The translations under genes were made by a program, and so were the position numbers. This document shows, piece after piece, positions 27,160-40,359 of a stretch of DNA of 64,000 bases (within the stretch, counting starts at the first letter, position 1; each line of letters starts with the position of its first letter). This DNA comes from Octopus vulgaris (taxonomy: Eukaryota), in assembly GCA_951406725.2 (NCBI GenBank), contig OX597819.1:44392001-44456000 (forward strand). Reading direction: 5' to 3'. The notes beneath the pieces were generated by a model. That model had not been told where the DNA came from. It worked only from the letters and a program-made list of their open reading frames with translations, and searched no databases.

Positions 27160-27385
27160 GTCATCATCATCATCATCGTCATCATCGTCATCATCGTCAT
27201 CATCGTCATCATCATCATCATCATCATCATCATCGTCATCATCCTCATCATCGTCATCATCGTCATCATCATCATCGTCATCATCGTCATCATCGTCATC
27301 ATCATCATCATCATCATCATCATCGTCATCATCGTCATCATCGTCATCATCGTCATCATCGTCATCATCGTCATCATCGTCGTCG

Positions 27386-27430
<45 letters not shown>

Positions 27431-27465
27431 GTACTGTTACCAATCACCTCCTCCATCACCACCAC
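27010..27465. repeat. (ACT)n, (GCA)n and long (CAT/CGT)n trinucleotide tract
   Basis: Directly visible; source of the poly-D/poly-M ORFs. Confidence 0.95.
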
Positions 27466-28048
27466 ACATACACACTGAGCTTAAACATACATTAACAATT
27501 GTAATGTTTGTTTATATTTAAAATAGGAAAAATAAAAATTGTGATAGCTGTGGTAAGAGGTGAGGGAAGTTCGTTGTTGTAGCGGCGGTGGGGAAATTAG
27601 ATTATTTAAAAGAAAGGAGAAGAAATTAATAACACTGACATGGAATATAATTTAATTATTTTAATGACAGTAAAGTGATACGATGATGCTTTGTGAGAAA
27701 TTAACTTATACTATTATTATTTTATGTATAATAAAATATCTGTAATAGTGAACGCTATGAATGGCACTGAGATGGCAGAATTAGCAATGGGCTGTATAGA
27801 GCCTGGCCTCGTAATTAAAAAAAAAAAATTCAACAATGAGCTAAGGGAAATAATTTCTCATAAGTCTATGGCATGAGAGAAATTGACTCCTAATACTATT
27901 TAATGTATGGTAGATAGTGAAGTCTGTGTTGGTGAGCTGTGGCAGAACCGTTAGCGTCGGGGGTTCGGTGCGCAGTGGCGGCTCGCTTGCGCGTCGTCCG
28001 TCACTGCCGCCAACGCTTCCGCTGACCTTAGGCGGGCGCCCGCAACGT

Positions 28049-28203
28049 CAACTCGGCTACGGCTATCCCGTTCCAGTACGAGAGGAACCACGGGATCAGA
28101 GCAACGGTTTGCGCGCTCGCTCGATATAGCGGTGGTGCCAGGCTGCCTCTGAGAGATAACGGCTGAACGCCTCTAAGCCGGAACCGTAGCCGGCCCCGAG
28201 TTG
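28049..28203 (+). rRNA. Fragment (pseudogene) of large-subunit 28S-type rRNA, domain VI including the sarcin-ricin loop
   Basis: Universal SRL AGTACGAGAGGAAC at 28075-28088 is closed by ATCCCGT/ACGGGAT. The conserved CTGAACGCCTCTAAG at 28163-28177 lies at about the canonical distance. It sits in a GC-rich island at 27956-28255. It is not a full rDNA unit. Confidence 0.8.
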
Positions 28204-28255
28204 TTTTCCAAAAGCATCTCAACCTCAAGTCGCATGCCTTAGTTCGGCGTCCGCT

Positions 28256-28920
28256 TAAGGCAGCGTGCTGACAGAAACGTTAGCATGCCGGGCGAAATGC
28301 TTTGTGGTATTTCGTCTGCCGCTACGTTATGCGTTCAAACTCCGCCATGGTCGACTTTGCCTTTCATCCTTTCGGAGTCGATAAATGAAATACCAGTTAC
28401 GCATTGGGGTCGATGCAATCGACTTAATCCCTTTGTCTATCTTTGTTTGTCCCCTCTATGTTTATCCCCTTGTGGGCAGTAAAGAAATAAGAACCGTTAG
28501 CACGCCGGGCGAAATGCTTAGTGGTGTTTCGTACTTCTTTACGTTCTGAGTTCAAATTCCAACGAGGGATGACTTTGCATTTCATCGTTTCAGGGTTGAT
28601 AAAATAAATACCAGTTGAATACTCGGGTCAATGTAAGAGACTTACTCCCTCCCCTAAACTGATGACCTTGTGCAGAAATTTGAAATCAATATATAATGAA
28701 CACTAAAGCGACGATCTAGCAGAACCGTTAGCATGCTGGGCAAAATGCTTAGTGGTATTTCCTATTTCTTTACGCTCTGAGTTCAAGTTCCACCGAGGTC
28801 GACTTTGCATTTTTAACCTTTTCGGGTCTATAAAATAAGTTTCAGTTGATACTTATGTATGAGATTGATGTAATAGTGTACCCCCACCCCCTAAAACTGC
28901 CGGCCTTGTGCTAAAATTTG

Positions 28921-28925
<5 letters not shown>
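28256..28925 (+). mobile_element. Cluster of three family B SINE units (28256-28489, 28490-28690, 28705-28925); an orphan SINE head lies at 27931-27955
   Basis: Repeated AGAA(A/C)CGTTAGCA.GCCGGGCGAAATGCTT...GAGTTCAAATTCC...GACTTTGC.TTTCATC.TTTC.GGG. Confidence 0.85.
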
Positions 28926-28981
<56 letters not shown>

Positions 28982-30234
28982 GCTCTGTCAACGACAAAAA
29001 CTGAAGAGGCGAGTCAGAGGTTCATTTTGTAACGTTTTAACAAATAAAACTAAGATAAATGTGATGAATAGGCCAAACAAGCTAATGGTGAAGCAAATAT
29101 CTATATGGATACAGGAAAGAGATTCTCAACGAATTGATATTTTTCATTTAGTTGGAGAAAGCAAACAAACACCTAGTGGCAATTCATTAGCGACTCATTT
29201 ACGAGTATAATGGATAGAATGTTTTTTTTCAGCGCTGTCTCAAAGTACACTTATCGCCTTCATGATATTCGTGGCTTTGTAACTAGGATCATTTTAAAAT
29301 ACTGTACCAAAGAAATAGTGTCAACGCTCCATTGAAATATAACAAGTTCGATGGGTGATCTGAGCTTCGATAGTAGCGCAACTACAGGATAAACCTTAAG
29401 ATGACACTGTTTGTAGCTGTTTAGAAACACATATTGTTAATTTGTAGAGCGGTATAGAAAATAGTAAGTTGTATTTGGTTTTAACCCTCCACGATCTGAA
29501 TTCTAATCTCACAGTGAATGAATAGAAATATGGCAATCAGTGAAGGACTGGTTTCGATTCCATCCATCCGCCACCTCCCTCCCTCCACTACACCCCTCCG
29601 CCAAAAAAAAAAAATTCGAGCCTTGTTTCAATGCTATAAATCTGTAATAAGTATCTTGGACAATTCATTGCCTTATTGAAGTAGTTTTTGTGGTCGTTGT
29701 TTCTATCCTGTATGCGACGATTGGCTATGTATAATTCTCAGAATGACTGCACCTTGCGTTTTTATGCTAAGTGATATTCCCAAGAACTTCTGATTGGAAA
29801 GCGTCTCCTGTTTTCTCAACGATGGATTTCAGGCCAAACGGCTTCGCATATTCAGTGAATTCGCAAATGGCTTCTTTGACGTACAGAGATGTCTCGTTTA
29901 TAAGCCATGTGCAATTTAATCCTTTTGTCTAAATTGTATACATAAGGTTTGTGAAATTACGCAGGTCTATGATAGGAATTTGCGTGTATAGGTCATGAAC
30001 AGGACATATAATTTATCAAGGCAATAAAATGCTTGCCGTTAATTTAAACTCATAGTCCAAATTCAGTTTGTTTATATCTCTCTGTCTCACATTTAAAGCT
30101 GCACACACACAAGCATGCATACCTATACATACACACATACACACGCATAATTTTTTCGAATTACGTGTCCAAAATGCCGCTAAGCATTTTGACCGGCGTG
30201 CTAACGATTCTACCAGGTCGCCGCCTTTAAACGG

Positions 30235-31720
30235 TCTTTAATAATAAATTGGATGAATAGTCAGCCGTCTTCATTTCATTGCCAACTTAGGATTATATAT
30301 GCATCATATACTGATTGCAAATTTGGGACAGTAGTCCCTCCTGCTCCAGTGTATTTTATTTGCATTGCATTTCATTTAGTTTTGTACGCTGATAGGCGGA
30401 GGGCTTGGACTTTGTTAGCATTGAATTACTGATTATTTTCTTCAATGCATTTATATATAAGGTTTTAAAATATGTTGCAAATGCGGAGTGTCTCTAAGAT
30501 TCTTTATCACCTGTGATTATTTTGTATCGTCGGCATAGCTAGTGAAGGTGGCTATCTGAATAGATGAAGACGTGTCTGAAAGAGCTACTATGAACAGCAG
30601 TGACCTCAAGACAGCACCCTCCGGTAATCCGTTCACTGTATTTGCTTGCTGGGGCAAAACTCCATTAGCAACTACTGCATGACTCTTGTTTTTAGAAGCC
30701 ATGCAACCAGTCACCCATTTTTCCGATTGCATCGAGATCACTCAGTTAGTAACAAATCTATCCATTGTTGAGTTTATGAAAGTCTTTAGCAAACTTGAGT
30801 TTATCAAAGGCTTTTGCATATTTACATTTGAATAGATGAGCAACTATTTTAATACTCTGTCGTGGTTTTCTAGGAGCTGTACCAAATTACTTCTTCCTGG
30901 TTGAAAGCCATGATGGGTGCTAGTTAAGAAGACATTATCTTCAAGGGCGTGATTAGCTTTCCTCTGACAAATCGTTCTTCGTTCGCGTTGCTAATGTGTG
31001 ATGTCAGAGAGATAGGCCTCTCAGATTCAGCATCTACTCTGCTTCAGCCTTTATGAATGAAATGCATTATACCTTACTTGAATTTTCCTGGAAAATTGCC
31101 ACCTGCAAGGAAGCTCTAAATGAAAGGCGCAGTGGTTTTGCTAGGGCTTGTTTAGATCAGTGGCTGTCAAACATTTTTTTTAACTGTTGTCCCTTTTGAT
31201 CCCTATTTTATTCTGGTGAACACTCATAGCCATTCATTGTTTAATGAATCCTATTATATATTTATAATTAAATATTAGGAATTGTATTAAAAAATTGTTA
31301 ATATTTTGTGTATTGTAAGAGTGTAAGCAATATATTGCAAAAAACTTTTTACAACAAAATATTATATGGACCCGTAAGAGTCATATAAAACTCTGTTTTA
31401 TATGACCACTGGTTTCGATGTTTTTAGAAGGATTCCTCAGAATCTATCAGGATCAGTAGCTGAGTTTAGGTTTATTATATCTATGGTCAGTAATGCAGCT
31501 TATGTCTAAGTAATCGGTCGCTACTGTCTCCCTATGTATATCTGTTGTGATAAAAATACTCATCTTGTTGAGTTACTTGCATCTGTTCCAGACCGTGGGA
31601 GAAAAACTGTTTTTGCTTTCCCCATTTAGTATTTCACTTATCCTTTGAGTCTATTTTCAATGCACTGGGACTGTTTCTTTAGCAATTTTCTTTTAAAAAT
31701 AAAGCTTTAAGTTTTGGTTT
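30235..31720 (-). pseudogene. Decayed CR1/L2-like LINE reverse transcriptase fragment
   Basis: ORF 30517-30741 reads NGLPEGAVLRSLLFIVALSD...SYADDTK, a decayed GVPQG.VLGPLLF...YADD. The upstream minus strand has FAKAFDK-like and HGFQPGRS-like motifs. Interrupted by a MITE. Confidence 0.7.
31158..31411. mobile_element. hAT (Charlie-like) MITE
   Basis: Termini CAGTGG...CCACTG; 8-bp TSD GTTTAGAT (31150-31157) / GTTTCGAT (31412-31419). Confidence 0.7.
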
Positions 31721-31815
31721 TTATATTTTCCATAACCTTGGTTTCAACACACACACACACGTATGTGTATGTATACATATATATATGTATGAGTATATAT
31801 GCATGAGTGTATGTA

Positions 31816-31855
<40 letters not shown>

Positions 31856-31972
31856 CATGTGTGTGGTGTGTGTGTATTTATGAATGTATGTGTGTATATG
31901 GATAGCTTGATAGATAGACGTAGAGAGAAACATACATACATACATACATACATACATACATACATACATACA

Positions 31973-32033
<61 letters not shown>

Positions 32034-32219
32034 AAGAAATACTGGTAAAAGATATAGATGTACTATTATTACATCAGAGATATTAGACATCAAATATCGA
32101 ATTAACTGCCATATGATTGGGTGGAGACAGGGAAGAAAAAATATAGAAAGAACGAAAGTGAAAGTAAGAAATAGCATAGAAAAGAGGAGAGATAGAGATA
32201 GAGATAGATAGATAGAGAT

Positions 32220-32280
<61 letters not shown>

Positions 32281-32733
32281 AGTGGGGGCAAGGATCACCA
32301 AGGCAAAAACCTAATATTTTTTTAGGAGATTCTTTAAAGGCTAATTTCAAAACTAGTCTGCTAAGTGATGTTCTTAATATTCGTTTTGTTGTCATCCGAA
32401 CTGTATAGTTTTTTTTTTCAGTAGTCGATTATATGGGCAATAAGTGAGTGTATACATACATGAGAATACACATACCGACAGGGAGGGAGAAGGAGAGAGA
32501 AAGAGAGAGAGAGAGACAGAGAGAGAGAGAGAGACAGAGAGACAGAGAGACAGAGACAGAGACAGAGAGAGAAAAGAGAGCAAGAGAACGTAGCGGGAAC
32601 GTAATACAGACTGATATATATATATGTGTGTGTGTGTGTGTATGTGTGTGTGTGTACGTAAGTAAATGCATATGTATGTGTATGGCGAATACGTGTATAC
32701 ATTAATACACGCATATATATATATATATGTGCT

Positions 32734-32773
<40 letters not shown>

Positions 32774-32974
32774 ATATCTATACATATATCTATAAATATA
32801 CATATATATGTATATATGTGTGTGTGTGTGAGATGTTATTAAATATAATATGTCGGTTATGTACACATTAATATATATATATATATATAAACAAGAGATT
32901 ATGTAAATATATATATATATATGTATATATATGTGTCTATGTAAGTATATATATATATAGGTATGTATGTATGC

Positions 32975-33031
<57 letters not shown>

Positions 33032-33186
33032 TGTATGTATACATATATATAGACGCACATATATTGCGTATGTAAACAGAAAGCGGGTGGAAAAGAGAGA
33101 GAGCACGGGTAATATAAAGGCTAATAATATTTTTTCGGTTTCCTTTGAACTAATATTTAAAATGAGAATTGTGGTACTGTTATGTC

Positions 33187-33234
<48 letters not shown>

Positions 33235-33268
33235 ATATGTGCGTATATGTGTGTGTATGTATGTATGC

Positions 33269-33315
<47 letters not shown>

Positions 33316-34009
33316 ATGTATGTGCGTGAGTGTATACGTGTAACGGTTGTAGTGGGCGATGTTGTTTAGCAGAGGGGAACTATAATAATATTGATAAATA
33401 ACAAGTGATCATCAACTATAAACGGTTCAACAAGTAAAATGGCTTAAGACAGTCTTCTAGTATTCCATAATACATTTTTTCCTTTCTTTCTTCTTCTGTT
33501 CTGAAAACATCGACATAGGTTGTAGCTAGTTCCCTCAAAATCACTTCTGTTTTGCTTTTTTTTTTTTTTTTCATAAACCACAAATCATAGAAAGGTGTGT
33601 GGAAATAAATGTAGTCTGAGGTTACTTGGTTGAAAATACTTATATATATATAGAGTGGTTGCGTGTTTTGTAGTTGGAATAATAGAGATATTGCTTGTTT
33701 GTGGTGGTGTGTCTTGGCTCTAAAGATCATATCTATTGTAATATGCATTGTGTACGTTGCCCCCAGAATTGTGATCAATTGATCTTATTGGAGTTCCTGC
33801 TTTGTTTCAAGAAGAAAAAAATTGAATTAAAAACCTCATGTTGTGATTTTTTGTTTACTGTTTGCATCGGTAGTCATAGTTAATCGAAGGTTTTCAATTC
33901 TCTATATTTTACATAAGCCAGAGCCTGTCGTATGTCTAGTTAGTATAAAGCTGAACGTTTTCTTGGATTATCTGTAGACATTTTGTTCATATTTATAATC
34001 AGTGGTCGT

Positions 34010-34260
34010 GGAGATGCGTGGCTTAGTGGTTAGGGTGTTAGACTCATGATGATCGTAAGACTGTGATTTCTATAGCTGGACCGGGTGACCTGTTGTGTTC
34101 TTGAGCAAAACACATCATTTTATGTTGCTTCTGTCCGCTCAGCTGGCAAAAATGAGTAATCCTGCGACCAACCGGCGTCCCGTTCAGGAGGAAATACATG
34201 CGCTACTGAAATCGGGAAACCGGCTCTATGAATATATATGACTCAGGAAGGATCTTTATC
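34010..34260 (+). mobile_element. tRNA-derived SINE, family C (CORE-like block plus V-domain-like block)
   Basis: A-box TGGCTTAGTGG, then TTGTGTTCTTGAGCAAAACAC, CCTGCGACCAACCGGCGTCCCGTTCAGG and tail GGGAAACCGGC. Domain names are from recall. Confidence 0.7.
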
Positions 34261-34406
34261 CTCCATCTATGATCACTGCCACTATAATTGAATCAGGTGT
34301 TGGCAAGAGACTGCAGAAATGTAAGTACCAAATTCAACTTAAACTGTAGATCCGACTCAGGGCTGGTTTTAGGTACGGTGTAGGCATAGAAAAATTAAAA
34401 CACGTT

Positions 34407-34443
<37 letters not shown>

Positions 34444-34445
<2 letters not shown>

Positions 34446-34603
34446 CCCAGGAGTGGTTGTGTGGTAAGTAGCTTGCTCAGCAACCACATGGTTCCGGGTT
34501 CAATCCCACTGTGTGGCACCTTGAGCAAGTGTCTTCAACTATATCCTCGGGCTGACAAAAGCCTTATGAATGGATTCGGTAGACGGAAACTGAAAACCCG
34601 TCG

Positions 34604-34695
<92 letters not shown>

Positions 34696-34906
34696 TGTGT
34701 GTGTCTGTGTTTGTCCCCCCACCATTGCTTGACAACCGATATTGTTGTGTTCACGTCCCCGTATCCTAGCAGTTCGGCAAAAGAGACCGATAGAATAAGT
34801 ACTAGGCTTACAACGAATAAGTACAGGGGTCGATTTGTTCGACTAAAGGCGGTGTTCCAGCATGACCGCAGTCAAATGACTGAAACAAATAAAAGAATAA
34901 AAGAAT
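34444..34906 (+). mobile_element. Full-length SINE family A with an internal (TA)/(TG)n tract
   Basis: Head GGCCCAGGAGTGGTTGTGTGG...GGTTCAATCCC, block GGCACCTTGAGCAAGTG, tail CCAGCATGACCGCAGTCAAATGACTGAAACAAAT followed by (AAAAGAAT) repeats. Confidence 0.9.
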
Positions 34907-34924
34907 ATTTATATATATATATAT

Positions 34925-35305
34925 ATAATAGTTATCGCCATACTAATATGGCATTCTTATAAAAATAAGAAAAAAGCTGTCCGCTTATTAGCTCCATGAG
35001 GCCATCGCCTTAAGTTAGCTATTCGATACACAAACTGTATCCATATAACCTTCGAACAAGGGAGGTCAGTCGCTCCACACTACTTGACCGACAGCTACAG
35101 ACGCGTTTCAGGGTATTTGCCCTTTGTCAATTCAGCGTAGTCAGACCCAGTAGGTGTCGCTTCTTACTATCTCTGTTCGAAGGTTTTATTTACCTAGTTT
35201 CGGTGGAATACATCCACTTGTTTTCAATAATAGATAACTATTAATTTCCAGGAACGCTGCCGTAATCTCTTTTAGAGAGACTTAGTAATTTTAATATTTC
35301 TATTA
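34925..35305 (-). mobile_element. (TA)n-flanked PLE-type terminal repeat fragment with two decayed hammerhead-like motifs
   Basis: Minus 35140-35095 reads CTACG...TTGACAA-AGGG-CAAATA-CCCT-GAAA-CGCG-TC-TGTAG. A second motif near 35188-35232 reads GTGGA-TGTAT-TCCAC-C-GAAA-CTAG. Confidence 0.5.
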
Positions 35306-35827
35306 TATATATATATATATATATATATATTCTTTTATTCGTTTATATATATATTCCTTGGTATGTAACGTTGGGATATACCAGGAGATGGTTCTAACAC
35401 CATTTTACACAATCATAGACAACGATTTAGCTTGCATCGACCCTCGTTTCAGGTATGCGGTACTCACAAGTCACATGAACGACGAAACATCCATGTGTAT
35501 CGCTCCTGTAATGGGACCAGATGTGAGTTATCTCCCTTGTCTATGAATTTTAAGAGTTTTAACATGAGGTAAATTGATGAGAATGTAATCTCTTACGCCG
35601 AAAAGCGCAGCCTACCCACGAAACAGCAAAATGTCTGTATATGTGTTCGATATTATTTAAATCTCTCGAGCTAATTCTAATTCATATTTGAATTTTTGCC
35701 GGCGAATTGATGAGAATATAGATTCTTCAGCCTATAAGCGCAGCCTAGCCGCGAACTAGAAAAGCACATTCCTTGCGTATGTGTGTTCGATATTGTGTGT
35801 GTGTATATACATACATACATACATACA

Positions 35828-35861
<34 letters not shown>

Positions 35862-35886
35862 CATACATACATACATACATACATAC

Positions 35887-35933
<47 letters not shown>

Positions 35934-37949
35934 CGTCGGCATTAGTCTAAACAGCTGAATTGAATATCACCACAGAGCAGACATGTTCTTTACTCTCAGT
36001 CATTTGTCTTTAAAGATCACTTTTGCTACTATCTACTTTGTCTAAAGAGTCGAAAAATTCCTCTCAATTGACCTTACTGGAGGATATTTAATCTCATAGC
36101 AACAATCTTTTGAATTCATCAGGTGTTGCATAGCCTGAAGAAGAAAATATGCTTGTGTTTGTTTTTATAGTTGTTTAGCACCGGCTCAACTCACATCGAG
36201 AAGCCAACGATCAATGGCATTTCAGCCGCAACCCTATCGTGTTTTTGTTTTCAGATATCTAAGGCATTGTGTAACGGTATCCTTTATTTTCCAAGATGGT
36301 TGGGTGACTTTAAAAACAACTTGGGCGGCTATTTTTAGCATGTGTAACACTCGCCACCACATTGGCTCTGTTTTGCAATGTGGTAGCTTACAAAGATCAC
36401 GATGCCTAAACCTAACTTTTTATGAGTTTCTTCGTGTTCTTTAATTTTTAATGAGGTTTAAAAGGTATTTGTGAACTAACTCTTCTTGGATAATAACATA
36501 TACCCAAAACAAGAATTTGACGGAATCGACATCAAAGTAGAATCAATCCTTTGAGGAAAACCATTAACTCGGTCAATATCAAAGGCACTGGAGTAGTCGT
36601 AAAATCGGCTAGACTTAAACTAATCTATGTTCATAATCAACCATATGTTTTTAAAAAAGACATTCTTGAGGTCATTTTAATAATTTAATTATTAGAATTA
36701 GTTCCTCTTTGGTATCGGTTCCTTTATACTCTTGAACTGCGAAGCTCTTTATTTAGCCGATTCAGTTTAACTTTGTACTTGAATAAGTCAATTAACACAA
36801 ATAACAAGATATCGGAACATCCATCAAAACGGACGGCACACTTTAAAAATATATAATAATAATTAAAACAATATTAGTTGATGATCTTCTTCCGGTAATT
36901 AACTTTATGAAGCAGTGTGGTCCTCTGCGTAAAGAAATTAAGTGTCTTTACTGTAATGTGTCTATGAATCAGATAAAAAAGTTCTGTATTAAAAGATAAA
37001 TAGAAGTGCAAGTACCGAGTAATGAAGAACTGTTCTAAATCTAAACAGTATGAAACAATTATCAAAAATTCCTGTTTTTTGCTCTGTAAAAATCTAAATT
37101 AAAAAATGGGCTGAATATATATATTTTTGCGTCCAGGAGCAAGTGCTATTCAAGTTGTTAGTTGTCTTTTACCAGACGTTTGAACTACTGAAGTACTTCC
37201 GAAGTCTGCTACGCTTCTCGTATACAGTGAACACGTCAAAACAGCATTTTCAAGCAGCAAGTCCTTGTTGCAATAAAACGCCGAATGTTCGCTTACTTTA
37301 GGTATGTTTCTCGCGGGAACTCAATGTTAAAAACAGATTTTTCTCAAGGGATTATTTATATGAAGACGAAGAAGACGCAGATAAAGAAGATCCTGCCCAG
37401 ATACTCTGAGTAAAACACAATTTTACCCGTAAAACAGTAAATATAATTGATTTACTATTACTTTGAAAAATATAGAGATTACATGTGTTTGCATTGATGG
37501 TAGAAAGGAGAGAGAGATAAAGCGATAGGCACATAACAAGTGTAGGATTTTTCTGAAGAACATGACCTTTCTGCAATATCATGGAAAACAGGAAGTGGGG
37601 ATTGCCAATCTGAGAAATCCTAAAATAACATCCGAAAGATGACGATGGTAACTATGATGCTGCTGTTGCTTCTGATGATGATGACGATGACGACGATGAT
37701 GGCGATAATGATGCTGATGCTGATGATGGTGATGTTGATGATTATGGCGATGTTGTTGGCGACGACGACGACGATGATGATGATGGTGATGGCGATGATG
37801 ATGATGACGATGATGATGGCGATGATGATGATGACGATAATGATGGCATCTTTATCCGGGGGATTTTGGTATTCGCTTTCAGCCACTTAACTTTAATTCG
37901 ATGTCTTTGGATTCGTCACATTTATAAAATCCGTTATTTGTTGTTTTTC

Positions 37950-39055
37950 TCCCCCACTAAACCCTTGGCAGACAAACCAATAATCGAAAACATTCCAACC
38001 ACGACCATCTCGTCTATATTAAAGGTACCTAGAGCTACATTTTCCAACAGCATGTGATTTGCATTATATTTTAGCTGCTATTTTTAGCTTATTGTCTGGT
38101 GGGAAACATGCTCTCAGAGGTATAGGACAACATCAGTTTCAACTTTTAAATGTAGTGCTGGTCGATGTTGCAGTAATTTAACCCTTAGTAAGTTTTGATT
38201 AAGCATATGATCAAAGGCTTTCCAGCCGTGTCTATCTCGTCTATACTTTTTGTTCAAATAAAATGTTGCTGCTGCTGTAGTTACAATGTTGTATTGACTG
38301 CTCTCGTTTTGTTCTTGTTGCTGTCGTTGTATAGTCTTTTATCGATTCTTATCGAGCAAGACCAATAGTGAAAATCAATCCATCCGTGACGAAACCCTTT
38401 TACGAAATGCCTCGAATTATAATATATCCGGTGTGTCCATCTACTTTTAAAGCTGTAAGGAGCTGATATGAGGCAAATTTAGTTGCTGTTTCTAGCTGAT
38501 CGCATGACAAAACAGGTTTCCTTCGTTGGTGGAGATAATCATTTTCTTATTGTTGCGGAAGGCAGTAGCGCTCTCTTTACAGTGAACAGAAGACTGTGGA
38601 AATGACAGGGTGTTGCACGTTGACATAATTCATAGTGGTATTTAGTCACATTCCTAGGGATTGAATGGTTTTTATAATATCTGCGCGGTCAGTGAACTCT
38701 GATCGAACCGCCATACAGATAAAGACTTTCTAGCTGTGCCCATTCCGCTTTATTTTACATGAAAGAGCTTAAAGCGATACCTGCTCGATAACTCAACAAT
38801 GATCGAATAGTCCTGCAAATAAAAGCTTTCTAGGCGTGATCGTGCCTCATCAAGGCCACGTTGTAAAACCTGCTTTTTTTTTCTAGGACGATCAGACGTA
38901 ATTTGAGGGTTATTCAGTTGCTACTTCCAAAAGGGAAATCAGGATAATATTATGCAACATTCGCTTTTTAAGCCGACAGTGCTTGATTTCAAAATTTTGC
39001 TGTCATTTTTAGCAAGCCTCCTGGCCACATACAGGCTCCGTCGTTGGCTGGTTGT
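37950..39055 (+). repeat. Cluster of old, diverged copies of an interspersed repeat; related copies at 36170-36390 (+) and 46490-46930 (-)
   Basis: A recurring motif of the form GATCGA...CAAAGGC(A/T)TTCCAGCC(G/A)TGACCATC.CGTC is followed by TTAGCTGCTATTT.TAGC, about five times. Confidence 0.5.
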
Positions 39056-39435
39056 CGTTGCTCCATTTGTTCTGGAAGGTTACAGTAGCGGGTAACACAC
39101 AATATTAATGGTGATCGTCGTTGTCATGGCAATAACAATGAGAGTATTTATTTTAATATTTTTTTTTTGTCTATTTATTATATTTGATTTTACATTATAT
39201 ATTTGTTTTGTTAGTGTGTTGGTTGTTTGCTTGTTTGTTTTTCTTCATATCGCACTCAGATCACCACTTGTCTGTGTGTCGCTTTGCGATATGAAATGTG
39301 TTCATATCAAAAGAGAAAATATATTGCCGATGGCTAGTGAAGCGAGAAAAGTCGAAGCGAAATTTATTCTGACATTAGTAAATGTTATTGGCCAAGAAAA
39401 GAGCTATTTAGTTCTCATATATATATGTATATGTA

Positions 39436-39572
<137 letters not shown>

Positions 39573-39651
39573 ATATATGTATATATATGTATATATATAT
39601 ATATATATATACATGTACATATATATACATATATATACATGTATATATACA

Positions 39652-39687
<36 letters not shown>

Positions 39688-40022
39688 CATGTACATATAT
39701 ATATATACATATATATACATGTATATATACATATACTTATATGTATATACCTATCCATGTATATGTATGTATATGTATTTGTATCTATGTATATATGCGT
39801 ATGTATACACACACATTCATTCACTCATAAATACAAACGTACACATATGTGCATAAACATATATTGATACATACATACGTGTATATATACACATATATAT
39901 ATTTGGGTATAAATGAGTATATATATATATATGTATGCATGTATATATATATAAGTATAATATATGTGTATGTATGTATATATAAGTATAATATATATGT
40001 ATGTATGTATATATATATATAG

Positions 40023-40074
<52 letters not shown>

Positions 40075-40359
40075 TCCTGTTACTTCTTCCTCGCCTTGTC
40101 ACTATTACTGATTGATTGCTTATTGATTTCTTATCACATAGGCACGAGGACACCAATATTTAAGGCAAATGCCTATCGTGTCTACTGAATCGACTTCAAT
40201 AAACTGCTGGCTCTGATTTTTCTTCTGCCATAGGACAGGCGGCAAAATAAATTCCATCTCCCTGAAAGACGACCGTACGTAGATCCAGAGAATAAAGACA
40301 CGAAGCTAAATTCCTTCCTGTGTTAATCGGGCAGTATAATGCTTCTAGTATTCAAATAC

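Noticed and set aside
27036-27465. Poly-Asp and poly-Met ORFs
   Set aside because: Pure (CAT/CGT)n microsatellite.
27917-28228. GC-rich ORFs of 70 and 66 aa as a possible exon
   Set aside because: Better explained by the rRNA fragment and SINE sequence.
28980-29430. Possible PLE GIY-YIG C-terminus (SLATHL, FKIL) with a decayed terminal motif
   Set aside because: Too degenerate to call by eye.
35568-35794. Two ~135-bp diverged direct repeats with TTGATGA...CGAAA words
   Set aside because: The duplication is real, but no hammerhead stems form. Two units do not make a CRISPR-like or other array.
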